From: an uncultured Spirochaetales bacterium
Lineage (GTDB): Bacteria > Myxococcota_A > UBA9160 > SMWR01
NCBI GenBank assembly: GCA_964494795.1
Contig: CAZBSV010000181.1
Span: 4,591 to 68,590, forward strand
Length of the DNA stretch: 64,000 bases
Reading direction: 5' to 3'
Shown here in pieces: positions 28,227 to 37,682 of the stretch; the first letter of the stretch is position 1, and every line of letters starts with the position of its first letter. The position numbers were made by a program, and so were the translations under genes. Under the pieces are notes generated by a model that was not told the origin of the DNA, ran no database searches, and was given only the letters and a program-made list of their open reading frames with translations.

Positions 28227-30128
28227 GTGGCGGACGCATACGACGACGTGTACCGGCAATCGCTCGCGGACCCCCGGCGATTTTGGGCGGCCGCCGCGCA
28301 GGAAATCGAATGGGTGCGCCGGCCGCGGGCCGTCTTCGACGACTCGACGCCGCCGCGGGTTCGCTGGTTTCCGGGCGCGATGCTCAACAGCTGCTTCAAC
28401 GCGGTCGACCTGCACGTGCTCACGGGGCGCGGCGAGCAGGCCGCGCTGATCTACGACAGTCCGGTCACGGCGACGAGCCGCCGCTTCAGCTATCGCGAAC
28501 TGCAGCTCGAAGTCGCGCGCGCGGCGGGGGCACTCGCGGCGCTCGGCGTCGAGCGCGGCGATTGCGTGCTGATCTACATGCCGATGATCCCCGAGGCCCT
28601 GATCGGGATGCTCGCGACGGCGCGACTCGGCGCGATCCACTCGGTGGTATTCGGCGGGTTCGCGGCGAGCGAACTCGCCCAGCGCATCCAGCACGCCGCG
28701 CCGAAACTGATCCTGACGGCCAGCTGCGGGATCGAGCCCGGCCGCGTCGTCCCCTATCTGCCGTTGCTCGAGGACGCGCTCGATAAAGTCAGCAACAAAC
28801 CCGCGCATTGCGTCGTCGTCAATCGACCCGAACAGCCCGTGGCGCTGCGCGACGGGCGCGATTTGGACTGGCAGGCGATCACCCAAGGCGCGCAGCCGCA
28901 TCCCTGCGTGCCCGTCCCAGCGAGTGAACCGCTCTACATCCTCTACACGTCCGGCACCACGGGCGCACCCAAGGGCGTCGTGCGCGACAACGGCGGCCAC
29001 GCGGTCGCCCTCAAGTGGAGCATGCAGAACATCTACGCGACGCAGCCCGGCGACGTCTTCTGGGCGGCCTCCGACCTCGGCTGGGTGGTCGGCCATTCCT
29101 ACATCGTCTACGCGCCGCTGTTCATGGGCTGCACGACGGTCCTCTACGAAGGCAAGCCCGTCGGCACGCCCGACGCGAGCGCGTTCTGGCGCGTGATCTC
29201 CGAGCACCGCGTCAACACGCTCTTCACTGCGCCGACCGCCATGCGCGCGATCAAGCGCGAGGACCCCTCGGCGGAGTTGCCGAGAAGATTCGACCTCTCG
29301 AGCCTGCGCGCGCTGTTTCTCGCGGGCGAGCGAGCGGATTCCGACACCGTCGAGTGGTGCGAGCGCGCGCTCGGCGTGCCCGTGATCGACCACTGGTGGC
29401 AGACCGAAACCGGCTGGGCGATCGCCGCCAACTGCCTGGGCCTGTCGCCGCTGCCGATCAAGCGCGGCTCGCCGACGAAGGCCGTTCCGGGCTACGACGT
29501 GCGCGTGCTCGACGACGACGGACGGGAGGTCAGCGCCGGCAACATGGGCCACGTCGTCATCAAGCTGCCGCTGCCACCGGGATGCATGACGACACTCTGG
29601 CAGAACGACGAGGGTTTCGAGCGCACCTATCTCGAGCGATTTCCGGGCTACTTCCAGACCGCAGACGCGGGCTATGTCGACGCGGACGGCTACCTCTGGA
29701 TCATGGGCAGAACCGACGACGTGATCAACGTCGCCGGCCATCGCCTGTCGACCGGCGCGATCGAAGAGGCCATCGCCGGCCACCCCGACGTCGCGGAGTG
29801 CGCGGTGATCGGTGTGAAGGACGCCATCAAGGGTCAAGTGCCGCTGGCTTTGCTCGTTCTCAATGCGGGAGTGACGAGCGACCCGCAAACTCTCATAGCC
29901 GAAGTCGTCGCTCGCGTGCGCGAGCAGATCGGTCCCGTCGCGGCGCTCAAACAGGCGTGTGTGGTGCCGCGCCTTCCGAAGACCCGCTCCGGCAAGATCT
30001 TGCGCGGCACGCTGCGCAAGATCGCCGACTCCGACGCGTATCGGACCCCGCCGACGATCGACGATCCGAGCGCGCTCGACGACGCGCGCCGCGCGCTCGA
30101 GGCCCTCGGCTACGCGAAGTCAATCTGA
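28227..30128 (+). CDS. prpE: propionate--CoA ligase
   Basis: 633 aa. Long blocks match PrpE as I remember it: [103 protein letters not shown]. Confidence 0.8.
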   Translation: MADAYDDVYRQSLADPRRFWAAAAQEIEWVRRPRAVFDDSTPPRVRWFPGAMLNSCFNAVDLHVLTGRGEQAALIYDSPVTATSRRFSYRELQLEVARAAGALAALGVERGDCVLIYMPMIPEALIGMLATARLGAIHSVVFGGFAASELAQRIQHAAPKLILTASCGIEPGRVVPYLPLLEDALDKVSNKPAHCVVVNRPEQPVALRDGRDLDWQAITQGAQPHPCVPVPASEPLYILYTSGTTGAPKGVVRDNGGHAVALKWSMQNIYATQPGDVFWAASDLGWVVGHSYIVYAPLFMGCTTVLYEGKPVGTPDASAFWRVISEHRVNTLFTAPTAMRAIKREDPSAELPRRFDLSSLRALFLAGERADSDTVEWCERALGVPVIDHWWQTETGWAIAANCLGLSPLPIKRGSPTKAVPGYDVRVLDDDGREVSAGNMGHVVIKLPLPPGCMTTLWQNDEGFERTYLERFPGYFQTADAGYVDADGYLWIMGRTDDVINVAGHRLSTGAIEEAIAGHPDVAECAVIGVKDAIKGQVPLALLVLNAGVTSDPQTLIAEVVARVREQIGPVAALKQACVVPRLPKTRSGKILRGTLRKIADSDAYRTPPTIDDPSALDDARRALEALGYAKSI

Positions 30129-30180
30129 GCAAGACGGCGGAGCGAGAAAGCGCGCCGCCGCACACCTCGCGCGTCGTCGC

Positions 30181-33100
30181 CTAGGGGCGCGCGCGCTGGC
30201 GGCGCCGACGCGCGAGAACCGCGAGCCCGAGCGCGCCGACACCCTGTAGGATCAGCAGATGCGGCTCGGGGACGGCCTGGAGCCGCTTCAGTTGTGCGCC
30301 TTCCACCGAAACCGTCGGCATGCTGATCAGCTGGTAGCCGCCACCGAGTGGCGAACCGAGCACACCGTAAGTCACGCCGACGAGCTCGCCCTCTTCGTTG
30401 ATCGCCCACGCCCAACAGATATCCGACACGCCGTCGTCGAAACTGCAGCGCGCCTCGCCCTCGCCGACCGGGAAGCGCTTCTCTAGCGCCAACATGCCGT
30501 CCTCGAGCTGGTTGAAGACGGCGAGACCGCTGATTCCCTCGGTGGCGTAGACGCGGTTGTCGTGGCTCGAGATCGAGACCTTGAAGAACGCGGTGTTGGG
30601 CGACGCGGCGATGCGCTGGAACTCGACCGGATTGGTTGGATCCTGGATGTCGACGACGAGGAACCCGCCGATCCAGAGCGGCACGAACGCGAGCCCGCCC
30701 GATACCTCCACGTCTTGGGGCACGGCTTCCTGATCCGAGAGCGGAATGTTCGTCGGATTGGTGTCGAGGTGCCCGAGCAGGGCTGGCGCACTCGGGTCGC
30801 TGACGTCGACGATTTGGAGTCCCTCAGTCGATGCCACGTAGGCGAGCAGACGCGGCGGACCCTCGCCCAGTGCGAGATCGAGTCCCACCTGTGAGAAATC
30901 GAGTTCGACCGAGACGGCGAGCGAGGCACCCCAATCTTCGGTGTCGCCAATGGATCCGCGCGGCTCAATCTGGCAGCTGTTCGGCACGCAATCCCCGATC
31001 ACTTCGAAGATCTGCAGCCCCTGCCAATACGAGGCCACATAGAGCATCAGATTCTGTCCGTCCGCGGACACGGAGCCCGCGGCCTCTTCGGCCAACCCGA
31101 ACGGGATCGGGATGCTGCCGCGGAAGCTGGGATTGCTCGAATCCGACACGTCGACGCCAACGACCCCGCAGGCGCCAGCGGAAATCACGGCATCGACTTC
31201 TTCACCCTCTTCGATCAGTTCGACCTCGTCGGCAAAAAAGCCGCCCGGGCACTGGCTGTTGGTGGCTGTGAAGTTGCTCATCGGCGAAGCCGCGTCGCGA
31301 TTCGACACGTTGTGGATGTCGAGTCCGCTGCGCTGCAGCGCGAGATAGGCGCGGTCCTTGGCGTCGTTGATCTTGATCGCCTCGGGCCAATTCGACACCC
31401 CGAACGGCCCGTGAATGACGGGCGTCGGAACCGCGCTGGGCGTCGCCGTGGGAGTGAGAGTAGGCGTCGCAGTCGGCGTGGGCGTCTCCGTCGGCGTGAA
31501 CGTCGGCGTCACCGTCGGAGTGAACGTGGGCGTCGCGGTCGGAGTGAACGTTGGCGTGGCAGTCGGCGTCGCGGTCGGAGTGAACGTGGGTGTCGCGGTC
31601 GGAGTGAACGTCGGCGTGGCAGTCGGAGTTGCTGTCGGCGTGGGTTCCGCGCACTCGTCGGGAACGCCGTTTTCGTCTTTGTCCGAGCTGCCGCCCGCGC
31701 CGGAAACCTCCGAGCAAGCCTTACCGAAACCGAATGGATTCACGTCGCAGGTATCGGCGATGCCATTCTCGTTGCAGTCTGCATCCCAGAACGCGAGCGC
31801 GGGACTCGAGAAAATCGTCACCTCCCCGTCGTCGAGACATGAGGCCACGATTTCGTCCACGCCGATTCCGCCGTCGCCCATGTAGGTAAAGCTCGCTTCG
31901 CCAGCCTCGTCGGTCGTCGCCGAGCCCGAATCGCCAGCGTTCGGTCCCGAGGTGACGTTGAAGCCGACTTCCCTTCCAACCACGGGGTCGACGACGTTGA
32001 TGGTCACCCTCGCGGTGACCGTGTGGCTCGCTCCGGGTGAATTCAGACCCCGATCGGGTGTCAGCGCGACCCGCTTTTCGGCGATGGGATCGAGCGCGAG
32101 TCCTCCCGGGTAGCCATACGAATCGTAAAGCGCAAAACCATACGCGTAAGCGCCAAACGGACGCGGGCAGGACAACACATGCGTACCGGCCGACACCGGC
32201 TGCCGAGCGCCAGAAAATCCACTGCTTCCAATGACCGAGAAGGGCGCTGAAAACGCAGCTCCGTCGATCGTGCAGCTGCCGACATCCAACGTGTCGACCG
32301 CAACGTTGATGTAGTTGCTGAACGCGACAGGCTCGGTCGCAGGGGTGCTGAGCGTATAGCTTCGAAGGAACTGCTCAGTCGGCGGGATCATCATCATGAA
32401 CGGATCCGAACTCACATCGTCCGCAGTCGTTCCCTTCGAGTATTGCATCACCATCACGGGTCGCGTCGCGTCGATCTTGTGGAAGGTGTCCGACGCAAGA
32501 TCAGCCTCGTAGTACGCAGCGCGACCGAGTGTCGCCACGAGAACGCCGTCGATGCGAACTTCGGTTCCGGCGTCCCGCGCGATGATGCGAAACAGATCGC
32601 CTCTGAGCCGGGTCGCGAGGGGCACCGTCAAGAAACTCACGCCCCAGGTTGCCGTCGGTGGCAATTGTTCGACAATGTGGTCACACGCGTATGCGGTTTC
32701 CGGAATATTGATGCATATCGCTCCCCCATAGACCGCCACCGGCTTGTCCGACTGAATGATCGATCCGCTCACGTCCACGGATTGAAGTTGGTAGGTTTCT
32801 AGGCGATCCAGATTGATCTGATAGGGAACTCCCGCGACTCGAATTCCGCTGGAGTTGCTCAGAGTGATCGTGACGGTGGTTTCGTCTTGCACACCGACGA
32901 TCAGCAACTCGGAATTCACGGAAGTTGCGCCGAAGCTCAGCACGAGGTGGTCCGTACCGAGTATGTCGGTCGGAAGCCCGAGGAACGCGTCCGTCGTGTA
33001 CTGGACCTGATTCAAGCCGTACACGACGACGTCCGCCTCGGCAGTCACGCGCACGCCCAGGTTCGCGAATGTGTCGGAATCGAAAGCGCGCACCTCGATC

Positions 33101-33402
33101 GGCAGCAGGACCGAAGTTACGGTACCCGGAACGACATTGAACGGAGCCGAGAATTCGAGGCCGGGAATCTCCACGGTCCCACTCGTGGCGACGGCACCCG
33201 TAATGAAGAGCACGACGTTCCCAAGGCTGCCGTAGGCATTGTCCATGAACCCGAGCACGAACTCGGTTCCCGCGTTGTCTTGCCGGGCAGTTGCGGGCGA
33301 GGTGGCCAATAACCCGGTCGCCAATGCGATCCAAGTCGCAGCGAGAGCGCGCCGAGCGCTTCTCGAACCGCGTCGACCAGGCGAATTCATCGGAGCTGCC
33401 AT
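30181..33402 (-). CDS. large PEP-CTERM-anchored surface protein: IgGFc-binding-like N-domain, Ig-like domain, Thr/Pro linker, LVIVD-repeat beta-propeller
   Basis: 1073 aa. Signal peptide [22 protein letters not shown]-terminal region [11 protein letters not shown]...DKPVAVYGG...DHIVEQLPP...[11 protein letters not shown] linker [22 protein letters not shown].... Repeats [33 protein letters not shown] and [15 protein letters not shown]-terminus [30 protein letters not shown], i.e. PEP motif, TM helix and Arg cluster. Confidence 0.8.
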   Translation of the reverse strand: MAAPMNSPGRRGSRSARRALAATWIALATGLLATSPATARQDNAGTEFVLGFMDNAYGSLGNVVLFITGAVATSGTVEIPGLEFSAPFNVVPGTVTSVLLPIEVRAFDSDTFANLGVRVTAEADVVVYGLNQVQYTTDAFLGLPTDILGTDHLVLSFGATSVNSELLIVGVQDETTVTITLSNSSGIRVAGVPYQINLDRLETYQLQSVDVSGSIIQSDKPVAVYGGAICINIPETAYACDHIVEQLPPTATWGVSFLTVPLATRLRGDLFRIIARDAGTEVRIDGVLVATLGRAAYYEADLASDTFHKIDATRPVMVMQYSKGTTADDVSSDPFMMMIPPTEQFLRSYTLSTPATEPVAFSNYINVAVDTLDVGSCTIDGAAFSAPFSVIGSSGFSGARQPVSAGTHVLSCPRPFGAYAYGFALYDSYGYPGGLALDPIAEKRVALTPDRGLNSPGASHTVTARVTINVVDPVVGREVGFNVTSGPNAGDSGSATTDEAGEASFTYMGDGGIGVDEIVASCLDDGEVTIFSSPALAFWDADCNENGIADTCDVNPFGFGKACSEVSGAGGSSDKDENGVPDECAEPTPTATPTATPTFTPTATPTFTPTATPTATPTFTPTATPTFTPTVTPTFTPTETPTPTATPTLTPTATPSAVPTPVIHGPFGVSNWPEAIKINDAKDRAYLALQRSGLDIHNVSNRDAASPMSNFTATNSQCPGGFFADEVELIEEGEEVDAVISAGACGVVGVDVSDSSNPSFRGSIPIPFGLAEEAAGSVSADGQNLMLYVASYWQGLQIFEVIGDCVPNSCQIEPRGSIGDTEDWGASLAVSVELDFSQVGLDLALGEGPPRLLAYVASTEGLQIVDVSDPSAPALLGHLDTNPTNIPLSDQEAVPQDVEVSGGLAFVPLWIGGFLVVDIQDPTNPVEFQRIAASPNTAFFKVSISSHDNRVYATEGISGLAVFNQLEDGMLALEKRFPVGEGEARCSFDDGVSDICWAWAINEEGELVGVTYGVLGSPLGGGYQLISMPTVSVEGAQLKRLQAVPEPHLLILQGVGALGLAVLARRRRQRARP

Positions 33403-33650
33403 CGCGTCACATCCTTCTCAGACCGGTTCCGCCCCGCGAAATTTGCGCGCGGACGGCGCGTAGGGGGAAATCCACCCCGCGCACATTATGCCGTTGATGC
33501 ATGCTGTAAGTCATCTTCTTTTTTTCGCTTTGCGCGCCGAATCGGCAGCGCAAAATAGGGCGCTTCAATTCGGCCCGCCATCGGGCGTCGAGATCGGGGC
33601 GGGCTCGCGAGAACGATCCGGATACGCCTACTCTTCCCGAGAGTTGCGCA
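33403..33650. promoter_or_regulatory. divergent intergenic region between the PEP-CTERM gene and the DUF4384 gene, with an AT-richer core
   Basis: CACATTATGCCGTTGATGCATGCTGTAAGTCATCTTCTTTTTTTCGC at about 33483-33530 contrasts with the flanking GC-rich DNA. Promoters are inferred from the divergent gene arrangement only. Confidence 0.35.
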
Positions 33651-34610
33651 TTGCCGCGGGGCGAACGCTGCTGGCCTGGAAGCTTCGGGGCGCGCGCATC
33701 GAGCAGCCGCGAAAGGATCTGTGTGTCGGACCAGACAGCGAATTCCCCCGACGCGCCGGGGTCAGAACGAGCGCTGATTTCCTCGGACCCGCCGGGGTCG
33801 AAAAAGGCGCCGATATCCCCGGGCCGGCCGGGGGGCGGCCGCCGTGCTTCGGGCAGGGCGGCGGCAGGGCTCTGGCCGGCTGGCCGGGCCCGCTGGTTGC
33901 CGCTCGCGTGTATCGGCCTCGCCGCGGCGCTCGCTAGCCTCACAGCGCTCTGGGTCTCGCGTTCGATGACCGGCGAGGCCCGCGACGGCCTCGAAATCAC
34001 CACAGCGGCAACGCGCGACGAGAAGCCCCCTCTCAGCGACGCGCAGCGCCGCGAAGCCGCGCAGAGGGCGCGATTCACAGCCGTGCGCGACGCGCTGCTT
34101 GCGCTCGATCCATCGCGTCTGCCGGGTCTTGCGTCCGAGAGGGACAGAGCTGGACTGAGTGCTCGCGTCTGGACGCTTCCCGACCCGGTCGAAAACGATG
34201 CGATTTACCGCGTGGGAATCGAGGCGGATTGCGCGTGCTCGGCGCTGTTGTTTTCCGTGAGCGCGACGAGCGACGAAATTGCGCTCCTCTACCCAAATTT
34301 GTTTCAGATCAATTCGCGGCTCGAGGCGGGCGCGCCGGTCGAGGTGCCGTCGACACCGGAGTGGACGCTGCGGGCGGTGGGTGGCGAAGGGGTGGATGTG
34401 CTCGAGCTGCTGATATTTTCGGAGCCGCCCGCATTTCCGAGTGATCGCAGCTCGAGCTGGCTCGCCGCGCCCGACCGGCCGGATCGAATCGCGGAACTCG
34501 AAGCGCTGCTCGAGGCGCTCCAAACCGGCGAGTGGGGTGTTGCGACGACGACGCTCCGGATCGTTTCGAGCGCGGTCGGGAATGCAGCGCCCCTGCGCGA
34601 ACCGCTTTGA
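33651..34610 (+). CDS. membrane-anchored DUF4384-like protein
   Basis: Low-complexity N-terminus, one TM helix (WLPLACIGLAAALASLTALWV), then IYRVGIEADCACSALLFSVSATSDEIALLYPNLFQINSRLEAGAPVEVP...GEGVDVLELLIFSEP, which fits the DUF4384 pattern (YRVGE..., LLFPN, AG..V.P). The start is uncertain: TTG 33651, or GTG 33723 after GAAAGGA. Confidence 0.6.
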   Translation: MPRGERCWPGSFGARASSSRERICVSDQTANSPDAPGSERALISSDPPGSKKAPISPGRPGGGRRASGRAAAGLWPAGRARWLPLACIGLAAALASLTALWVSRSMTGEARDGLEITTAATRDEKPPLSDAQRREAAQRARFTAVRDALLALDPSRLPGLASERDRAGLSARVWTLPDPVENDAIYRVGIEADCACSALLFSVSATSDEIALLYPNLFQINSRLEAGAPVEVPSTPEWTLRAVGGEGVDVLELLIFSEPPAFPSDRSSSWLAAPDRPDRIAELEALLEALQTGEWGVATTTLRIVSSAVGNAAPLREPL

Positions 34611-34783
34611 AACGCTTGAAAATGCGTGTTGACAGCGAGCCCGTGGGTTGGTCCAATGCTCCGGCGTCGCGCGCGGATCCGCGGCAGCGCAGGCTGCCTA
34701 GCCCGCCCGCGAGTGACGCTGCAGAGCATGCGCGGGCAGCCTGGAAGTGTTTCTCGCCAAGCAGCGCCCTTCGAAGCTGCTGG

Positions 34784-34898
34784 CGATTGATTGGACGATT
34801 GATTTGACGATTGACTGGGCGATTGATTTGACGATTGACTGGGCGATTGACTGGCCGATTGATTGGGCGATTGACTGGACGATTGACGATTGATTGGA
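34784..34898. repeat. 12-bp tandem repeat, about 9.6 copies (CGATTGAYTKGR), immediately upstream of the TPR/beta-barrel gene
   Basis: Direct reading gives units at 34784, 34796, 34808, ..., 34887. Each carries TTGAYT. The array ends 7 nt before ATG 34905. Confidence 0.95.
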
Positions 34899-34904
34899 GA
34901 GTGG

Positions 34905-36482
34905 ATGGAGGACGGGACCTTGCGATTGCAGTTGCACGCCGGCCAAGCCAAGCGGCCGCGCCGAGGCGGATGGCGCTACATCGCGCTCGCACTCGCGACC
35001 GCGGCGCTCGCGCAACCCGCCGCGGCGTCGGTGAAATCCGAGATTGCCTTTCACCAGGGCGTCGTCGCGTTTGGCAGCGGCGATCTGGCTGCCGCCCAGG
35101 CGGCCTTCGAAGCGGTGCTCGCCGAAGACAGCGACGACGCCGCGGCGATCCACTACCTCGGCCTGATCTCCGCGGAGCGCGGAGATTTCGAAGCGGCCGC
35201 CAGCCACTACCAGCGCGCGCTCGAACTCGATCCCGACGACGTCGACGTCCGCTTCGATCTCGGCTCCGCGCTGCTCGAATCCGGCAAGACCGCCGAAGCC
35301 AGGCGCGAATTCGACCAGGTGCTCGCCGCGGAGCCCGACCGGGCGCGCGCGCAGCTGTTTGCGGGCATCGCCGCCTACCGCGCGGGCGCCTACCGCGAGT
35401 CGCTTCCGTTTCTGGCTCGCAGCGTCGAGCTCGATGGCGAACTGCGCCCACAGGCCCTCTACTACACCGGCCTGTCGCAGGCGCACCTGCAGGATTTCCC
35501 GGCCGCCGCGGGCGCGTTCGCGCAAGTCGAGCAGTCACCGCTCTCGCCACTGTCGGACTCCGCGCGCAATCTCGCTCGCCAGGTCACGCCGAGCGCCGAG
35601 CCGGCGCGGCGCTGGACGCTCGGAGCTACCGCCGGACTGGAATACGACAGCAACCCGACGATCGCGGGAGAAACGCTCCCGCAACACCAAGACGGTCGCG
35701 GCGTCTTCCGGATCGAGGGCAGCTATCTGCTCTACGAAGACGAACGCTATTCGGCGACCGCGGGCTACGACGCCTATCTCAGCGCGCACTTCGACCAGAC
35801 CTTCGTCAACCTGATGACTCACTCGGGTTATCTCGCGACGGCCGCGGATTTCGATCCCGTCACCTTCAACCTGCGCTACGACTACGCGTACACCTGGATC
35901 GACGCGTTTGACACGAAAAAGTTTCGTGAGCTCCAGCGCGTCACGCCGTCGGTATCTTATCGCGAAGGCGACTGGGGGTTCAGCCAGGCCTACTACCAGT
36001 TCCACCACGAGGACTTCAAACGCCCGCTGCTGACGGATGCGCTGAACCGCGACGGATATCGAAACGTCGTGGGATTCAATCAATTCTTCTTTCCGGGTTC
36101 CTATCTCCCGGAATCTGTGCCAATTACCTACTTCCGGCTGGGTGCGCTCGGGGATTTCCAACGCACCGACGGCAGCGAGTTCGACTACGATTCCTGGGAG
36201 TTCTCGTTCGGCTTTGGCGCGGAACTCCCGTGGGAGATCGATCTCTCGATCCTGTATCGCTTGACGGAGCGCGACTATCGGAACCAGAGCGTGTTTTCGA
36301 CTCCGCCGAACAGCGAGATACGCGATGATCTGCAGAACCGCCTGACTCTCGAACTCAACAAGGCGATCGGCGATCACTGGCAGGTCGCGGTGGCGGGTTC
36401 GTTCACCTTTGACGACTCGAATGTCGCCCTCTATGACTACAATCGCGAGATCGTGGGTGGCTATCTGACGTATCGTTTCTAG
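34905..36482 (+). CDS. outer-membrane protein: N-terminal TPR domain plus C-terminal beta-barrel (Slam/DUF560-like architecture)
   Basis: ATG 34905 follows GGAGAG. Signal peptide WRYIALALATAALAQPAAAS. About 4-5 TPRs (AAAIHYLGLISAERGDFEAAASHYQRALELDP...). The roughly 290-aa C-terminal part has alternating amphipathic strands (WTLGATAGLEYDSNPT, FRIEGSYLLY, ATAGYDAYLSAHF, ...VAVAGSFTFDDSN) and ends with the OMP-type terminus GGYLTYRF. Confidence 0.7.
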   Translation: MEDGTLRLQLHAGQAKRPRRGGWRYIALALATAALAQPAAASVKSEIAFHQGVVAFGSGDLAAAQAAFEAVLAEDSDDAAAIHYLGLISAERGDFEAAASHYQRALELDPDDVDVRFDLGSALLESGKTAEARREFDQVLAAEPDRARAQLFAGIAAYRAGAYRESLPFLARSVELDGELRPQALYYTGLSQAHLQDFPAAAGAFAQVEQSPLSPLSDSARNLARQVTPSAEPARRWTLGATAGLEYDSNPTIAGETLPQHQDGRGVFRIEGSYLLYEDERYSATAGYDAYLSAHFDQTFVNLMTHSGYLATAADFDPVTFNLRYDYAYTWIDAFDTKKFRELQRVTPSVSYREGDWGFSQAYYQFHHEDFKRPLLTDALNRDGYRNVVGFNQFFFPGSYLPESVPITYFRLGALGDFQRTDGSEFDYDSWEFSFGFGAELPWEIDLSILYRLTERDYRNQSVFSTPPNSEIRDDLQNRLTLELNKAIGDHWQVAVAGSFTFDDSNVALYDYNREIVGGYLTYRF

Positions 36483-36519
36483 CAATCGACGCGCAAACAA
36501 CAGCGAGAGGAGAGAGAAA

Positions 36520-37464
36520 ATGCGGAATATGCGGACTGGAACTTCTGAGCTGAGACGGATCTTTCTCTGCACGGCCAGCTTCGGCGCGTTCGCCTGCCTT
36601 GCGGGAAGTGCATGGGCGGCGAACGACGCGCGGCTGACAGCCGTGAAAGGGGATGCGTCGATCTCGGCTGGCGCACTCGACAGCCACAGCGAACTCGCCG
36701 ATGGCGACGATCTCGAGACCGGAGACGAGAGCGGTTGCTCGATCCTGTTGGATCAGAACGCCGTGGTGGAACTCTGCGGTCAGACCCGGATCTCGTTCGC
36801 GACCGACGAGAAGCGCGGCAACCGGATCGTGAACGTCGAATCCGGCAAGTTGCGCATGGTCGTCGAGCCGCGCTCGCCCGGCGAGCGGATCGAAATCCAC
36901 ACCCCGGCGGCAATCGCGACGATCCTCGGGACGATCATCTACATATCGGTCGACCCGATTACCGGCGAAGAGACCTTCACCTCGTCGGACAGCCGGGTCA
37001 ACATTCGCGACCGCGACGAGGTGGACTGCACGCCGATCGGGCTTCCCGCAGAAGCGGGAATACCGCGATGCGCCGAGGGCACCACGATCGGTGGCCTCGA
37101 ACAGCTCACCGTGGTGCCGGGCGAGAAGCAGCGCGACAAGAAGAGTGTCGACGAACAGGAACTCGCGCAGCTCGGCGGCTGCCTGTTCGACTTTCACGAA
37201 CTCGCGGCGCGCATCGATCGAGCGGCCCAGGAGAGCAAGTCGACCGACCGCATCGTCGCGATCGACGTTGCTGTCGCGGACCTGCCGCCGGTTTCCCTCG
37301 AAGAAGGACCGTCGATCGAAACGGAGAGCGGCGACGACCTCGACGCGGAAATCAATCCGTTCGACGACTCCAGCCAGGAAGAGCTGATCCGGGAATCGCT
37401 CGCGCCGGATACGGATATTCCCGACTGCGGCGGCGGCATTCCGGGCGAGCACTGCGACTTCTGA
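36520..37464 (+). CDS. secreted FecR-domain protein
   Basis: 314 aa. RBS GAGGAGAGAGAAA. Signal peptide FLCTASFGAFACLAGSAWA. FecR-like beta region LTAVKGDASISAGA...LADGDDLETGDESGCSILLDQNAVVELCGQTRISF...VESGKLRMVV...IHTPAAIATILGTIIYISV. Acidic C-terminal half ending CGGGIPGEHCDF. Confidence 0.7.
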   Translation: MRNMRTGTSELRRIFLCTASFGAFACLAGSAWAANDARLTAVKGDASISAGALDSHSELADGDDLETGDESGCSILLDQNAVVELCGQTRISFATDEKRGNRIVNVESGKLRMVVEPRSPGERIEIHTPAAIATILGTIIYISVDPITGEETFTSSDSRVNIRDRDEVDCTPIGLPAEAGIPRCAEGTTIGGLEQLTVVPGEKQRDKKSVDEQELAQLGGCLFDFHELAARIDRAAQESKSTDRIVAIDVAVADLPPVSLEEGPSIETESGDDLDAEINPFDDSSQEELIRESLAPDTDIPDCGGGIPGEHCDF

Positions 37465-37630
37465 CGAGCGACCACCGCGACTTCTGACGATCGACCACCG
37501 CGATTTCTGACGCGCAAACACCGCGATTTCTGACGCGCAAACACCGCGATTTCTGACGCGCAAACACCGCGACTACTGATGCGCAAACACCGCGACTACT
37601 GATGCGCAAACACCGCGACTACTGATGCGC
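37450..37630. repeat. 23-bp tandem repeat, about 7.9 copies, starting inside the last codons and stop of the FecR gene
   Basis: Units start at 37450, 37473, 37496, 37519, 37542, 37565, 37588 and 37611. There are three sub-variants in blocks of 2+3+3 (..GACTTCTGACGAKCGAC / ..GATTTCTGACGCGCAAA / ..GACTACTGATGCGCAAA). The first unit contains CAC TGC GAC TTC TGA, the gene end. Confidence 0.95.
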
Positions 37631-37682
37631 GTCCGTTCGGCGGCGGGGAGGCGAGCGGCTCGAGCCGAGGCGCGTCGCGCCG

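Noticed and set aside
28137-29888. N-terminal 584 codons of the 949-aa track ORF 27039..29888
   Set aside because: Only the last 365 codons (Mrp/ApbC, starting at ATG 28136 with MPPQVSETD) are genuine. The remainder is antisense to prpE.
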